From assembly GCA_964407075.1 (NCBI GenBank), contig CAYOUE010000001.1:1478-65477 (forward strand): DNA of 64,000 nucleotides, given 5' to 3'. Source of the stretch: an uncultured Hyphomicrobiaceae bacterium (GTDB lineage Bacteria; Pseudomonadota; Alphaproteobacteria; Rhizobiales; Rhodomicrobiaceae). The notes beneath the pieces are model-generated. The model was not told the origin of the DNA, searched no databases, and saw nothing but the letters and a program-made list of their open reading frames with translations. The translations under genes and the position numbers were made by a program. The first letter of the stretch is position 1, and every line of letters begins with the position of its first letter. Below are positions 28,673-37,946 of the stretch, in pieces.

Positions 28673-30415
28673 TTATCGCGGAGCGGCAAATTCCAGCTCG
28701 ATCTGCGTCACGTCTTCGGGCGGGGCGACAAGCTCCAGCGCAAAAGGCGCGCTCGCGCCCGGCTCAAGCTGGTCCACAGGCACGGATGCCGTTGCGGTAA
28801 CTGGCGTTCCGGACGAATTGCGCACGTTCACCACCACCCGCGGGACAGGGACCCTCTCATCCGTCATATTGACGACCTCGCCGCTCAACTCGATGGCCGG
28901 TCTGCCATCGATCTCGCTCCAGCGGTAATCAACGCCGGTGAAATCGACCTTGTTTGATGAGATGTCGTAGCCCAGCGTCTGGTATAGCCCGGCTGTACCC
29001 GGCAGGGCCGCCATGATGCTTCCACGGAAACTGAGCACGCCCATCACAGCGCCGCCCAGCATGAACAGGAAGACAGCCCATGCCGCCGCGACAGCCAGTC
29101 CGCCGCGTCCGGTTCCGCCCGCCGGCTCATAGTCATCTTCGGCGGTGTCGGAGTCGGCCCCTAGCGGAAGCGGCGCAAGACCTTCGTCACGCTCGATATC
29201 GTCGAGCGCCAGATCGTCGTAGTCGTCGCGGAAAGGATCGTCGAGCGTCTCCTCGCCTGAAACTGAGCGCACGGGGCCGCCATCGGCGTAATCATCTCCG
29301 TAATCGTCCTCCCGCGGCTGGGCGTATGGCTTGCCATGAGGCGCAAAACGGCCCGCGATGGAAGCGTCGATATTTGCAGACTCGTCCGCTTCGTCAAAGC
29401 CGTAGCCGTCCGGGTCATTCGAATAGGCCTCTTCTTCCGCCGTTTCGGCTGCGGCCCCAAGCGCGTTGAGGCGTTCCTGCTCAAGGACCGCGGAATTCAC
29501 GTCAGGATCAAAAGCTCCGTAATCCATGTCCGCCGATTCGGGATCGGGGACAGGCATCCTCTGCCCGTAATTGCTGTCGTCTTCGTCCTCTTCAGCATAA
29601 GCTGCGCGTCTCGAGGGCGCTTCCGGCGCAGGACCACGCGCGCCGGCTTCCCGCCATGAAGAACGGTGTTCCTCGGGCTCGGCGGCTTCGGCGTCGTCCC
29701 GCTCTTCCGCATCAGCCTCGGACTGTTCGAGCGCCGATTTGAAGGTCTCGCGGATCACGGTCTCGGGGTCTTCGTCCTCAACATCAGGCTCATTGAAGGC
29801 GGCAGGGCCGCGTCTCCAGGCCGGCCCCATGAAACGGCTCGACCAGTCCGATGGCGCGACCGAGGTTGACGACCGCGCCTCGGTTTCATTGATTGCGTTT
29901 TCGTCGTAAGGGTCGCGGTCCGCATCGCCGACAGGCTCACGCCCGCCACGCTCCCACCATTTGCCTCCGGAAGCGATTTCGGGGCCGGCTTCCTGCTCGC
30001 CCGGATCGTTCTCGGCCCAGGATTCTTCGCGCACAGACGCGCTCATCCGATCCAGAGCCGATGCTTCGGCTCGGGTCTCTTCATCCTGTCCGTCCCACTG
30101 GCCTGGACCGTCGGGGACATAGCCATGCGTCTCATCGTCACCGTCATGCGCGTGAAAGCCGCTTTCATGACCGTAGTCTGACCCGCTCCAGCCGCCCGCC
30201 GCCTCGCCGCCGTCCGGGACTGCGCCGTTAGCGACTCCGTCCGCACGCGCGCTGCCCTGCGTTTCCAGCGGCTCATCGCCTTCGGATTCGCCGGACGGAA
30301 CGAGCATCCACTGATAATCGCAGCGCGCGCATTTCACATTGCGCCCAGCTTCCGGTATGGGCTTGTTCAGCTTGTACCGGGTTGAACAGGCAGGGCACTC
30401 GATTATTTGAGCCAC
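28673..30415 (-). CDS. MJ0042-type zinc-ribbon protein with a long acidic disordered linker, one TM helix and a DUF3426-like C-terminal domain
   Basis: MAQIIECPACSTRYKLNK...VKCARCDYQW zinc ribbon, a D/E-rich middle, the TM helix LAVAAAWAVFLFMLGGAVMGVL and a beta-rich C-terminus. Confidence 0.8.
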   Translation of the reverse strand: MAQIIECPACSTRYKLNKPIPEAGRNVKCARCDYQWMLVPSGESEGDEPLETQGSARADGVANGAVPDGGEAAGGWSGSDYGHESGFHAHDGDDETHGYVPDGPGQWDGQDEETRAEASALDRMSASVREESWAENDPGEQEAGPEIASGGKWWERGGREPVGDADRDPYDENAINETEARSSTSVAPSDWSSRFMGPAWRRGPAAFNEPDVEDEDPETVIRETFKSALEQSEADAEERDDAEAAEPEEHRSSWREAGARGPAPEAPSRRAAYAEEDEDDSNYGQRMPVPDPESADMDYGAFDPDVNSAVLEQERLNALGAAAETAEEEAYSNDPDGYGFDEADESANIDASIAGRFAPHGKPYAQPREDDYGDDYADGGPVRSVSGEETLDDPFRDDYDDLALDDIERDEGLAPLPLGADSDTAEDDYEPAGGTGRGGLAVAAAWAVFLFMLGGAVMGVLSFRGSIMAALPGTAGLYQTLGYDISSNKVDFTGVDYRWSEIDGRPAIELSGEVVNMTDERVPVPRVVVNVRNSSGTPVTATASVPVDQLEPGASAPFALELVAPPEDVTQIELEFAAPR

Positions 30416-30676
30416 GGTATTTCCCTTTGACCACAGAGATGGCTATATCGCCCCAATGACTCCCCCGTCCATGCCGAATTTCATTGATACAGGAGAGTCG
30501 GCTGCGCATAAAGACCGGTGTTATAGGCTGTTAAGAGCGCGTTGGGAATTTGGGGACGGGTTTTAAGCTTGGCAATGCCGATACGGATGACTGATCGGGT
30601 TTCCAGGTGACAATGCCGGGTCGAACTGATCCGTATCATCGTGTGATGAAGCGTCCAGATATGTGCCGGAGCCGCC

Positions 30677-31336
30677 GTGATTCGACTTGAAAAAATGGGC
30701 CTGCGCTACGGGCTGGGACAGGAAGTCCTGCGCGACGTCAGCTTTCACCTGCTGCCCGGTTCGTTTCACTTCCTGACCGGCTCGTCGGGCGCGGGCAAGA
30801 CGTCGCTGCTCAAGATCCTGTTCATGTCGCTGCGCCCTACCCGCGGCGCGGCCTATATCTTCGGCAAGAACGTGACGCGCGCGACGCCCGAGCAGCGCGC
30901 CGCGCTCCGCCGCCGCATCGGCATCGTGTTTCAGGACTTCCGGCTGCTGGATCACATGACGACATGGGAAAACGTCGCGCTGCCTTTGCGTGTTCACGGC
31001 AAGAGACAATCGGAATACGCCGAAGACGTCACCGAACTGTTGAAATGGGTCGGGCTGGGAGAACGAATCCATGCCTATCCTCCCGTTCTCTCAGGCGGTG
31101 AAAAGCAGCGCGCAGCCATCGCGCGCGCCGTGATCGGCAAGCCGGAACTCTTGCTCGCCGACGAACCGACAGGTAACGTGGATCCGCAAATGGCCAGGCG
31201 GCTCCTGCGTCTGTTCGTCGAACTCAACAGGCTCGGCACCTCCGTGATTATCGCGACGCACGATTACCAGCTTCTGACACAGTTTCCGGCACCCCGGCTC
31301 ATACTGGACAACGGCCGCCTGAACATTCATAGCTGA
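30677..31336 (+). CDS. ftsE: Cell-division ABC ATPase FtsE
   Basis: Walker A GSSGAGKTS, signature LSGGEKQR, Walker B LLLADEPTG. Followed by the ftsX-like gene. GTG start. Confidence 0.9.
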   Translation: MIRLEKMGLRYGLGQEVLRDVSFHLLPGSFHFLTGSSGAGKTSLLKILFMSLRPTRGAAYIFGKNVTRATPEQRAALRRRIGIVFQDFRLLDHMTTWENVALPLRVHGKRQSEYAEDVTELLKWVGLGERIHAYPPVLSGGEKQRAAIARAVIGKPELLLADEPTGNVDPQMARRLLRLFVELNRLGTSVIIATHDYQLLTQFPAPRLILDNGRLNIHS

Positions 31337-31341
31337 GCGCC

Positions 31342-32316
31342 ATGAACACCCCCGTCCACGACAGCCGCCTTCCAGCAATCAAGCAGCCGGAGCCGGCGAA
31401 GCGGCGTTTCCCTTCCGGCAAGGCGCCCATCGTGCCGCCTGGCTCGGTGACGGGACGCGCGCTGATCTGGGTGATCGCGATCATGGGATTTTTGTCCAGC
31501 CTCACCGCGGGTGCGGTCTACATGATCGACGATTCCCGCCGTGCCTGGCTGAGCGACGTCGCCAGCGAAGTGACCGTCGAAGTCAAGCCCGAAGGCGCCG
31601 CCGAGGAAGTCGACGCGCGCGCGCGCGATGTCACTGCGTTCCTGAACGGGCAGAACGGCGTCACGAACGTCACGCTGCTGACGCTGGAGGAGTCGGCGGA
31701 TCTGGTCGAACCCTGGCTCGGGCAGGTGTCGGCGGTGCAGGACCTGCCTTTTCCGCGCCTCATCGCCGTCCGGCTCGACGTCAACGACCCGCCCGATATC
31801 ACGGCGCTGCGCGGTGCGCTGCAGACCCGTTTTCCCGATGCAGTCCTGGACGACCACCGCGCCTGGCAGCAGCAGATCCGCCGCGTGACCGGCTCGCTCG
31901 CACTCGGCGGCCTCGCGGTGATGGCGCTGATGGCGGCGGCTACGATCGGTATCATCGTCTCCGCGGCGCGCAGCGCGATCGCCTCGAACAAGGATATCGT
32001 CGAGGTCCTCAATTTCGTTGGCGCAGACGAGAGATTCATCGCCCGCCAGTTCGAGCTGCATTTCCTCAAGGTGGGGATAAAAGCCGGAGTTGTCGGCGCT
32101 GTAGGGGCCGCGCTGGTCTTCCTCTCGCTCCCCGTGCTCACCGATTTCCTTAGCGGCGCCGCGACCGACATCGAATTGCGCAGGCTGATCGGCACGGGGC
32201 GTCTCGATCCGCTCGGCTACGCCAGCATCGCGCTCGTCGTGGTAATCATCGCGGCGATCTGTTCACTGACTTCGCGCATCGGCGTTCGCCGCATTCTCAA
32301 CGCGCAGAACCAGTAA
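31342..32316 (+). CDS. ftsX: Cell-division permease-like protein FtsX
   Basis: Four-TM FtsX topology with a periplasmic loop domain, immediately downstream of ftsE. Confidence 0.85.
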   Translation: MNTPVHDSRLPAIKQPEPAKRRFPSGKAPIVPPGSVTGRALIWVIAIMGFLSSLTAGAVYMIDDSRRAWLSDVASEVTVEVKPEGAAEEVDARARDVTAFLNGQNGVTNVTLLTLEESADLVEPWLGQVSAVQDLPFPRLIAVRLDVNDPPDITALRGALQTRFPDAVLDDHRAWQQQIRRVTGSLALGGLAVMALMAAATIGIIVSAARSAIASNKDIVEVLNFVGADERFIARQFELHFLKVGIKAGVVGAVGAALVFLSLPVLTDFLSGAATDIELRRLIGTGRLDPLGYASIALVVVIIAAICSLTSRIGVRRILNAQNQ

Positions 32317-32385
32317 GACTATTATTGCAATTCAGCGATTGAAATCGCGCCCGGCCCGGATTATGGCGTCTTGATCCATTGAGTC

Positions 32386-33123
32386 ATGTCACTTGTCAAA
32401 GAAATGAAGAGCTCGGCGGACAGTCCGGATATGACAGGCAAGCGAAAGCGAAGACTTGCCTGGCTTAAATGGATCGCGGGCGCAGGAGCTTTGGGGACAG
32501 CCGCCGCCGCCGCCGGTTTCATGCTGTTCTACAATCTGATCGAACACGGCCCCGCCGCCGACCTGTCCGAAGCGGACGCGATCGTCGTGCTGACCGGCGG
32601 ACCCGCGCGCATTCCGGAAGCCGTCAAGCTGCTCATGCAGGGCAAGGGGAAGCGTCTGCTCATCTCCGGCGTCAATACGGCCACAACCCGCAGCGAGCTG
32701 GCTGCGCTTTCGCCGGGGGATCCGGAACTTTTCGACTGCTGCGTCGACATCGGCCATCAGGCGCTCAACACAATCGGCAACGCCGAGGAAACCAGCAGCT
32801 GGGTGAGGGAAAGCGGTTTCCGCTCGATCATCGTCGTGACCGGCAATTACCACATGCCCCGCAGCCTTGCGGAAATCCGCCGCGCGCTGCCCGAGACCGA
32901 ACTTATCCCCTATCCGGTGACGCAGGATAATCTGCATCTTGACCGGCTATGGTCCTATCCGGGCACCATGAAGCTGCTGGCGAGCGAATATGTGAAATTC
33001 ATTCCTGCATTTGCACGATGCGTGATTATCCAGATCGGGCACGAACGCGGCATTTACGGTGGGGCGAGAATGTGCGTGAACGCTGCTGCTCTGCCCGCCT
33101 CGTCCATGGTCGCCGTGAACTGA
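32386..33123 (+). CDS. YdcF/ElyC/SanA (DUF218) family protein
   Basis: N-terminal TM helix. DAIVVLTGG...RLLISG and VVTGNYHMPRS motifs of DUF218. Confidence 0.8.
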   Translation: MSLVKEMKSSADSPDMTGKRKRRLAWLKWIAGAGALGTAAAAAGFMLFYNLIEHGPAADLSEADAIVVLTGGPARIPEAVKLLMQGKGKRLLISGVNTATTRSELAALSPGDPELFDCCVDIGHQALNTIGNAEETSSWVRESGFRSIIVVTGNYHMPRSLAEIRRALPETELIPYPVTQDNLHLDRLWSYPGTMKLLASEYVKFIPAFARCVIIQIGHERGIYGGARMCVNAAALPASSMVAVN

Positions 33124-33127
33124 AGCC

Positions 33128-33859
33128 ATGGTCCGTTCGCTCCTCTATGTCGCGCTTTTCTACGTCAATACGGCTTTGTTCCTTGTCCTCGGCTCGCCGC
33201 TGCTGCTGGGGCCGCGGCGGTGGGCGATGGCGGGTCTGAAATATCATGCGCTGACCTCGATCTGGTGGATGCGCGTGATCGTGGGCACGCGGCTTGAAGT
33301 GCGCGGCAGGGAGAATCTGCCCGAGGGCCCGGCGCTGATCGCCTCCAAGCATCAGTCCGCCTGGGACACGTTCGGCCTCATCCCGCTGACACGCGATCCG
33401 GCCATGGTCATGAAGCAGGAGCTTCTGTCGTTGCCGCTATATGGCTGGTTCTCGCGCAAATTCGAGATGATCCCGGTGCAGCGCGAACTGGGTCCGGCCG
33501 CGCTCCGCCGCATGGCGCTCGAAGCTGCGACGCGCGCCCTGCAAGGGCGGGACATAGTGATCTTCCCCGAAGGCACGCGCCGCCCGCCCGGCGCGCCGCC
33601 CGCCTACAAGCCCGGCGTTGCGCTGCTGTACGACAAGCTGAACCTGCCCTGCGTGCCTGTCGCGCTCAACTCCGGAATGTTCTGGCCGCGCCGCAGCCTG
33701 GTGCGCCGTCCTGGCGTCATCGTCGTCGAGTTTCTCCCGGCCATCCCGCCCGGCCTGCCGCGCAAGACGTTTGCCGCGACGCTTCAGGACGCCATGGAGA
33801 CCGCGACGGCTCGGCTGGTCGCGGAGGCGCAGGAAGCGGGCGTTCCCGATGCGCGATGA
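33128..33859 (+). CDS. plsC: Lysophospholipid (1-acyl-sn-glycerol-3-phosphate) acyltransferase
   Basis: The HQSAWD (HX4D) and FPEGTR acyltransferase motifs are both present. Confidence 0.85.
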   Translation: MVRSLLYVALFYVNTALFLVLGSPLLLGPRRWAMAGLKYHALTSIWWMRVIVGTRLEVRGRENLPEGPALIASKHQSAWDTFGLIPLTRDPAMVMKQELLSLPLYGWFSRKFEMIPVQRELGPAALRRMALEAATRALQGRDIVIFPEGTRRPPGAPPAYKPGVALLYDKLNLPCVPVALNSGMFWPRRSLVRRPGVIVVEFLPAIPPGLPRKTFAATLQDAMETATARLVAEAQEAGVPDAR

Positions 33860-33972
33860 CCCGCTGCTCGTCCATTGAAAAAGCTGTAGATAGACGTGCC
33901 GCGCCATGCCTCGCTGCTTGCGCTTCGCTGCGAACAAAAAAAGGGTAAGACAAGCAAGTCAGGGAGCGGCCG

Positions 33973-34413
33973 ATGATTACATGGCTTATGGGGGCGTGGC
34001 TCGTCTATCACATCATAGCGGCGCTGCATTTCTACGGAAACGACGCCGCGACTCACGCCACATTCGAAGCGGCTCTTCATCAGGAACTCGCCGTGCTCGA
34101 CATCGGCGCGATGATCGGCGCGGGCGGACCGGCCTTCATCGTGACTTACGGCGCGATCATAACTTTCGCAATCCTCATCGCGCTTTACGCCGAGATGACG
34201 CGGATCGTCCGCTATGGCCTCGACCGTAATTTCAGCAAGAGCCAATACGACCTTTACGGCTCTATCCTGCTGCTTGTCGTCGCCAGCGTGGAGATGTTTT
34301 TCATCCCATGGGCGTGGACATCCGTGTTCGTCATACTGTTCTTCGCCAGCATCATGGACGTTCTGATTCATGTCCGGTATCTGCATTATTTCGTGCGGCC
34401 GGGACGGGCGTAG
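33973..34413 (+). CDS. Small integral membrane protein, function unknown
   Basis: About four hydrophobic helices. No motif recognised. Confidence 0.55.
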   Translation: MITWLMGAWLVYHIIAALHFYGNDAATHATFEAALHQELAVLDIGAMIGAGGPAFIVTYGAIITFAILIALYAEMTRIVRYGLDRNFSKSQYDLYGSILLLVVASVEMFFIPWAWTSVFVILFFASIMDVLIHVRYLHYFVRPGRA

Positions 34414-34790
34414 TCGCGTCTTTTTTCATCAGGCGCGTCATCTGCGATCCCCGCAAAGGTGGGAATTTTGCATTATGCACAGGCGCAGGGCTGGGATCGG
34501 CCGCGCTGCTCGGTCCGCCACTCTCAAAACTGATGCAAATCAACCACAAATTTTAATCAAGCTTATGTACGCCCTGAAGTTGAGTTGACCGGGATTTCGC
34601 GCATTGGTAGCAGATTGATGAAAGACACGTTAACATGCGAGTCGGATAATTTTTCATAATTCGATTTAATTTTAACGAACCTGTTACCGGGTTGTTAAAC
34701 GTGACGATGTTTGAAAGGAACTGGTCAAAGCAATGAATTTCGTTTGAATCAGTCTGGATTTTTTGCCGTTCATATTTTCAAGGATTTGCA
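34414..34790 (+). promoter_or_regulatory. Long (377-bp) intergenic leader upstream of csgF, with its distal half strongly AT-rich
   Basis: The compositional drop relative to flanking genes is seen directly, for example in 34560-34790. No specific promoter boxes are assigned. Confidence 0.35.
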
Positions 34791-35198
34791 ATGATGAAAT
34801 TCATTTGCCTTGCGGCGGCGATCATGGCCGCCAATATTTCGCCGGCGTTCGCCGATCTGGTCTACCAGCCGGTGAGCCCGACCTTCGGCGGCAATACTTT
34901 GAACTCGAATCATTTGCAATATCTCGCTACGTCGCAAAAGCAGTTTGACGCGCCGAGTGAAGAGAAGCGCGCCTCCGAGCAGTTCCTCGACATGCTGGAG
35001 GCGCGCCTGTACTCCGCGCTCGCCTCTGAGGTCACGAACGCGATCTTCGGCGAGGACGCCCTGCCGAGCGGCACGATCGCCTTCTCCGACCAGCAGGTGA
35101 CATTCGTCAATACCGGTACCGAAATCCAGCTCGTCATTACGGATTTCACGACCGGGCAAGTGACGAACATCGTGATCCCAACGCTTCAGACCAACTGA
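34791..35198 (+). CDS. csgF: Curli assembly/transport component CsgF
   Basis: After the signal peptide, DLVYQPVSPTFGGNTLNSNHL parallels E. coli CsgF [21 protein letters not shown]. C-terminal ITDFTTGQVTNIVIP parallels VTDRKTGQTSTIQVS. Confidence 0.85.
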   Translation: MMKFICLAAAIMAANISPAFADLVYQPVSPTFGGNTLNSNHLQYLATSQKQFDAPSEEKRASEQFLDMLEARLYSALASEVTNAIFGEDALPSGTIAFSDQQVTFVNTGTEIQLVITDFTTGQVTNIVIPTLQTN

Positions 35199-35255
35199 GC
35201 CAGGCCTGACGGGTCTTTTCGGGAACGTCCGGAAGAAACCGGAGAGAACACAGCC

Positions 35256-36302
35256 ATGCGGCGCGTGCTGGAATCTTTTTGCCTCAATCAACCAGATGGA
35301 CTCATGCGGTCTGCCTTGAGCACCATAAAAGCCGGATTTTCCGCCGTCCTGGCAGCCCTCATTCTGACCGGATGCGCGGAGATGGCTGAGCGCCAGCTCG
35401 ATCCCGGATTGCTGCCGCCGGTCGTGAATCCGGTTACCGAAACCAATATGAGCCTGCGGGAGCTTCCGCCGCCGTCGAGCCCGATCGTCGCAGCCGTCTA
35501 CGACTACGCCGACCAGACCGGACAATTCAAGCCGACCGACGGAACGCAAACACTCTCGCGCGCCGTTACCCAGGGTGCGACTTCGGTGCTCATCAAGGCG
35601 CTGCAGGATGTCGGCGACGGTAGCTGGTTCACCGTCGTCGAACGCGAGAAAGTCGCGAACCTTTTAAAGGAACGCCAGATCATCACGCAGATGCGGATGA
35701 CCTATCTCGGCGAGCAGCAGATCAATCCGGAGGCTCTTCCGCCCCTGCTCTTCGCCGCGATCATCTTCGAGGGCGGCATCATCGGCTTCGACAGCAACAC
35801 CCAGACCGGCGGGATCGGCGCAGGGCTGCTCGGGATCAGCGCGGACGCGAAATACCGTCTCGATACGATCACCGTCTATCTGCGCGCCGTCAGCACCAAG
35901 ACGGGGCAGGTGCTCGCCTCCGTAACGACGCATAAAACCATCGCCTCGGTCGGCGTCAGCGGCGGCGCGTTCAAATTCGTCTCCTTCGACAAGATTCTGG
36001 AGGCGGAGGCCGGCATCACCAAGAACGAGCCGGACCAGCTCGCCGTGCAGCAGGCTATCGAGAAAGCCGTGCACGAAATGGTGGTCGAGGGCGCCGAGCG
36101 GAACATCTGGTCCTTCGCCGACAGCCGCGCGCAGGAGGAGTTGATAAGGCGGAAAAAGGCGGCCAGCGACCGGTCGGCCGGGCGCGCGGTGGAGCGCGAA
36201 CCAATGCAGGACGGATCGCCGGCCGCATTTGCGTCGTCCGGCCCTACGGAGCCGGGCTGGGCCGGCGTGATGATGTCGATGAAGGAAAGCCAAGGCAAAT
36301 GA
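35256..36302 (+). CDS. csgG: Curli secretion channel lipoprotein CsgG, with an approximately 55-aa C-terminal extension
   Basis: Lipobox LTGC. VYDYADQTGQFKP, WFTVVEREKVANLLKERQI, GGIIGFDSNTQTGGIGAG and ITKNEP align along E. coli CsgG. An alternative start lies at 35304. Confidence 0.92.
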   Translation: MRRVLESFCLNQPDGLMRSALSTIKAGFSAVLAALILTGCAEMAERQLDPGLLPPVVNPVTETNMSLRELPPPSSPIVAAVYDYADQTGQFKPTDGTQTLSRAVTQGATSVLIKALQDVGDGSWFTVVEREKVANLLKERQIITQMRMTYLGEQQINPEALPPLLFAAIIFEGGIIGFDSNTQTGGIGAGLLGISADAKYRLDTITVYLRAVSTKTGQVLASVTTHKTIASVGVSGGAFKFVSFDKILEAEAGITKNEPDQLAVQQAIEKAVHEMVVEGAERNIWSFADSRAQEELIRRKKAASDRSAGRAVEREPMQDGSPAAFASSGPTEPGWAGVMMSMKESQGK

Positions 36303-36528
36303 GGGATGTCGCGTTTTTCAGCGCCCGCAGAATGCCGCCAATTTGCAGAGCGCAGGAGGCCGCATCGCCGGGCTGCTCCTGGATCAGCGAGGATTTCCTG
36401 CCTTACCGCAGGGAAAGCCGGCGGGCATGTCCGATCACAAGCGTGACAGGCCGCGCCGCAACAAGAGGGCGTTTTAACCCTCAATAACAGGCGGACTGGA
36501 TATCGGTCCGCCACAAACGGAGAAGACC

Positions 36529-37218
36529 ATGAAGAAATTGTCCCTTATTGCATTTTTGATCGCCGGCATGGGCGCTTCGCAGGCGTTCGCGGTCGACGAC
36601 AACTATTCGAAAATCGATCAGATCACGTCGACCAATGCGACGGCGACGGTTACGCAGACTGGCGTCAACAAAAATACGAACTGGTCCTCGATCCGCCAGG
36701 ACACCGTCAATCAGGCGACGGCGACCGTCACGCAGGTCCAGTCTGTCTTCAATTCGGGCAAGGAAAACAAATCCGACATCCAGCAGAGCGGAAGCTGGAT
36801 CGAGGCGACCGTCACACAGGATGGCGCAGGCAACAATAACGATTCCAAGATCAAGCAGGACGGTCAGGGCGTTAACGGAAACGCCAACAACCTGTCGACG
36901 ATCTCGATCGACCAGACAGGTTTGGGCAATGAGAACTTCTCTAACGTCCTGAACCAGAAGGGCGCCGGCCTCGAAATCGAAGTGACCCAGACGGGCATCG
37001 GCAACGACAACACCTCCACGATCAAGCAGGAGGCCAACCGCTCGTCGGTCAAGGTCGAGCAGCGCGGCGTCGGCAACGACAACACCTCGACAGTGAACCA
37101 GTTTGCCGACGACTCTTCGGTCGACGTGCAGCAGGGCATGGGAACAGTTGGGCTCGTCCATACCTCGGTCGTGTTCCAGAGCGGGTCGCACAATCATGCG
37201 ACGGTAATCCAGAAGTAA
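36529..37218 (+). CDS. Curlin-repeat protein (CsgA/CsgB family), about 9 repeats, Asn/Thr/Gln-rich
   Basis: Signal peptide, followed by repeated S-x5-Q-x-G-x-x-N-x-(A/S)-x-(V/I)-x-Q units (for example SKIKQDGQGVNGNANNLSTISIDQTG and NTSTIKQEANRSSVKVEQRGVGNDNTSTVNQ). Confidence 0.88.
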   Translation: MKKLSLIAFLIAGMGASQAFAVDDNYSKIDQITSTNATATVTQTGVNKNTNWSSIRQDTVNQATATVTQVQSVFNSGKENKSDIQQSGSWIEATVTQDGAGNNNDSKIKQDGQGVNGNANNLSTISIDQTGLGNENFSNVLNQKGAGLEIEVTQTGIGNDNTSTIKQEANRSSVKVEQRGVGNDNTSTVNQFADDSSVDVQQGMGTVGLVHTSVVFQSGSHNHATVIQK

Positions 37219-37231
37219 TCGAACGCATTCC

Positions 37232-37254
37232 GGGGCAGGCGGCCTGCCTGCCCC
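37232..37254 (+). other. GC-rich intercistronic stem-loop between the two curlin genes
   Basis: ggggcaggc-ggcct-gcctgcccc (9-bp perfect stem). No U-run follows it. Confidence 0.5.
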
Positions 37255-37275
37255 GCACCATCAAAGGCAGGCAAC

Positions 37276-37923
37276 ATGTTCTCTTATGCATCCACCAGAT
37301 TTTTTCCGGCCGCCATCGGCGCTCTGATCTGCATTTCCGCTCTTGCGCCCGCGCGGGCCGAGAGCAACCTCGCCTACATCGAGCAGATCGGCTCCGGTCA
37401 CGCCGTGTCGGTCAGCCAGAACACGGGAAGCGGCGCAGCCAATGACGTGCTTGTCGGACAGAGCGGGGATGGCCAAGCCGCATTGATCGAACAGGACGGC
37501 TCGGCGCTGGAGAATACAGCGTCGGTCTTTCAGTCCGGGTCGGGAAACACGGCCTCGATCGTGCAGGGCGGCGCAGGCGGAACCAACGCTGGCGTGATCC
37601 TTCAGAGCGGCATCTCGAACGAAGCCAGGATCCTGCAGGACGCATTGCAGTCCGCCGGAAGCTCCAATTTCGCATCCATTTCCCAGACCGGGAACGCCAA
37701 CACAGCCGAAATCGGACAGTCCGGAGGCGGTCACAAAGCTGAAATCGAACAGGACGGAAACGGCAATTCAGGCCGAATCAGCCAGTCCGGAACCGCCCAG
37801 GAAGCAATTCTTAAACAGTTCGGGGATAATCATACTTATGAAATCCACCAGTCCGGCCCCGCTGGCGGCATCAGTGTCGAACAGTCCGGTCCCGGCGGCC
37901 ACGTGACGGTGACGACGTTCTGA
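37276..37923 (+). CDS. Curlin-repeat protein (CsgA/CsgB family), about 8 repeats, Gly/Ser/Gln-rich
   Basis: Signal peptide, followed by units such as AYIEQIGSGHAVSVSQ, ALIEQDGSALENTASVFQSGSGNTASIVQ and ASISQTGNANTAEIGQSGGGHKAEIEQDGNGNSGRISQSG. Confidence 0.88.
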   Translation: MFSYASTRFFPAAIGALICISALAPARAESNLAYIEQIGSGHAVSVSQNTGSGAANDVLVGQSGDGQAALIEQDGSALENTASVFQSGSGNTASIVQGGAGGTNAGVILQSGISNEARILQDALQSAGSSNFASISQTGNANTAEIGQSGGGHKAEIEQDGNGNSGRISQSGTAQEAILKQFGDNHTYEIHQSGPAGGISVEQSGPGGHVTVTTF

Positions 37924-37946
37924 CCAAGCAATGAGAGAGGCGGCGC

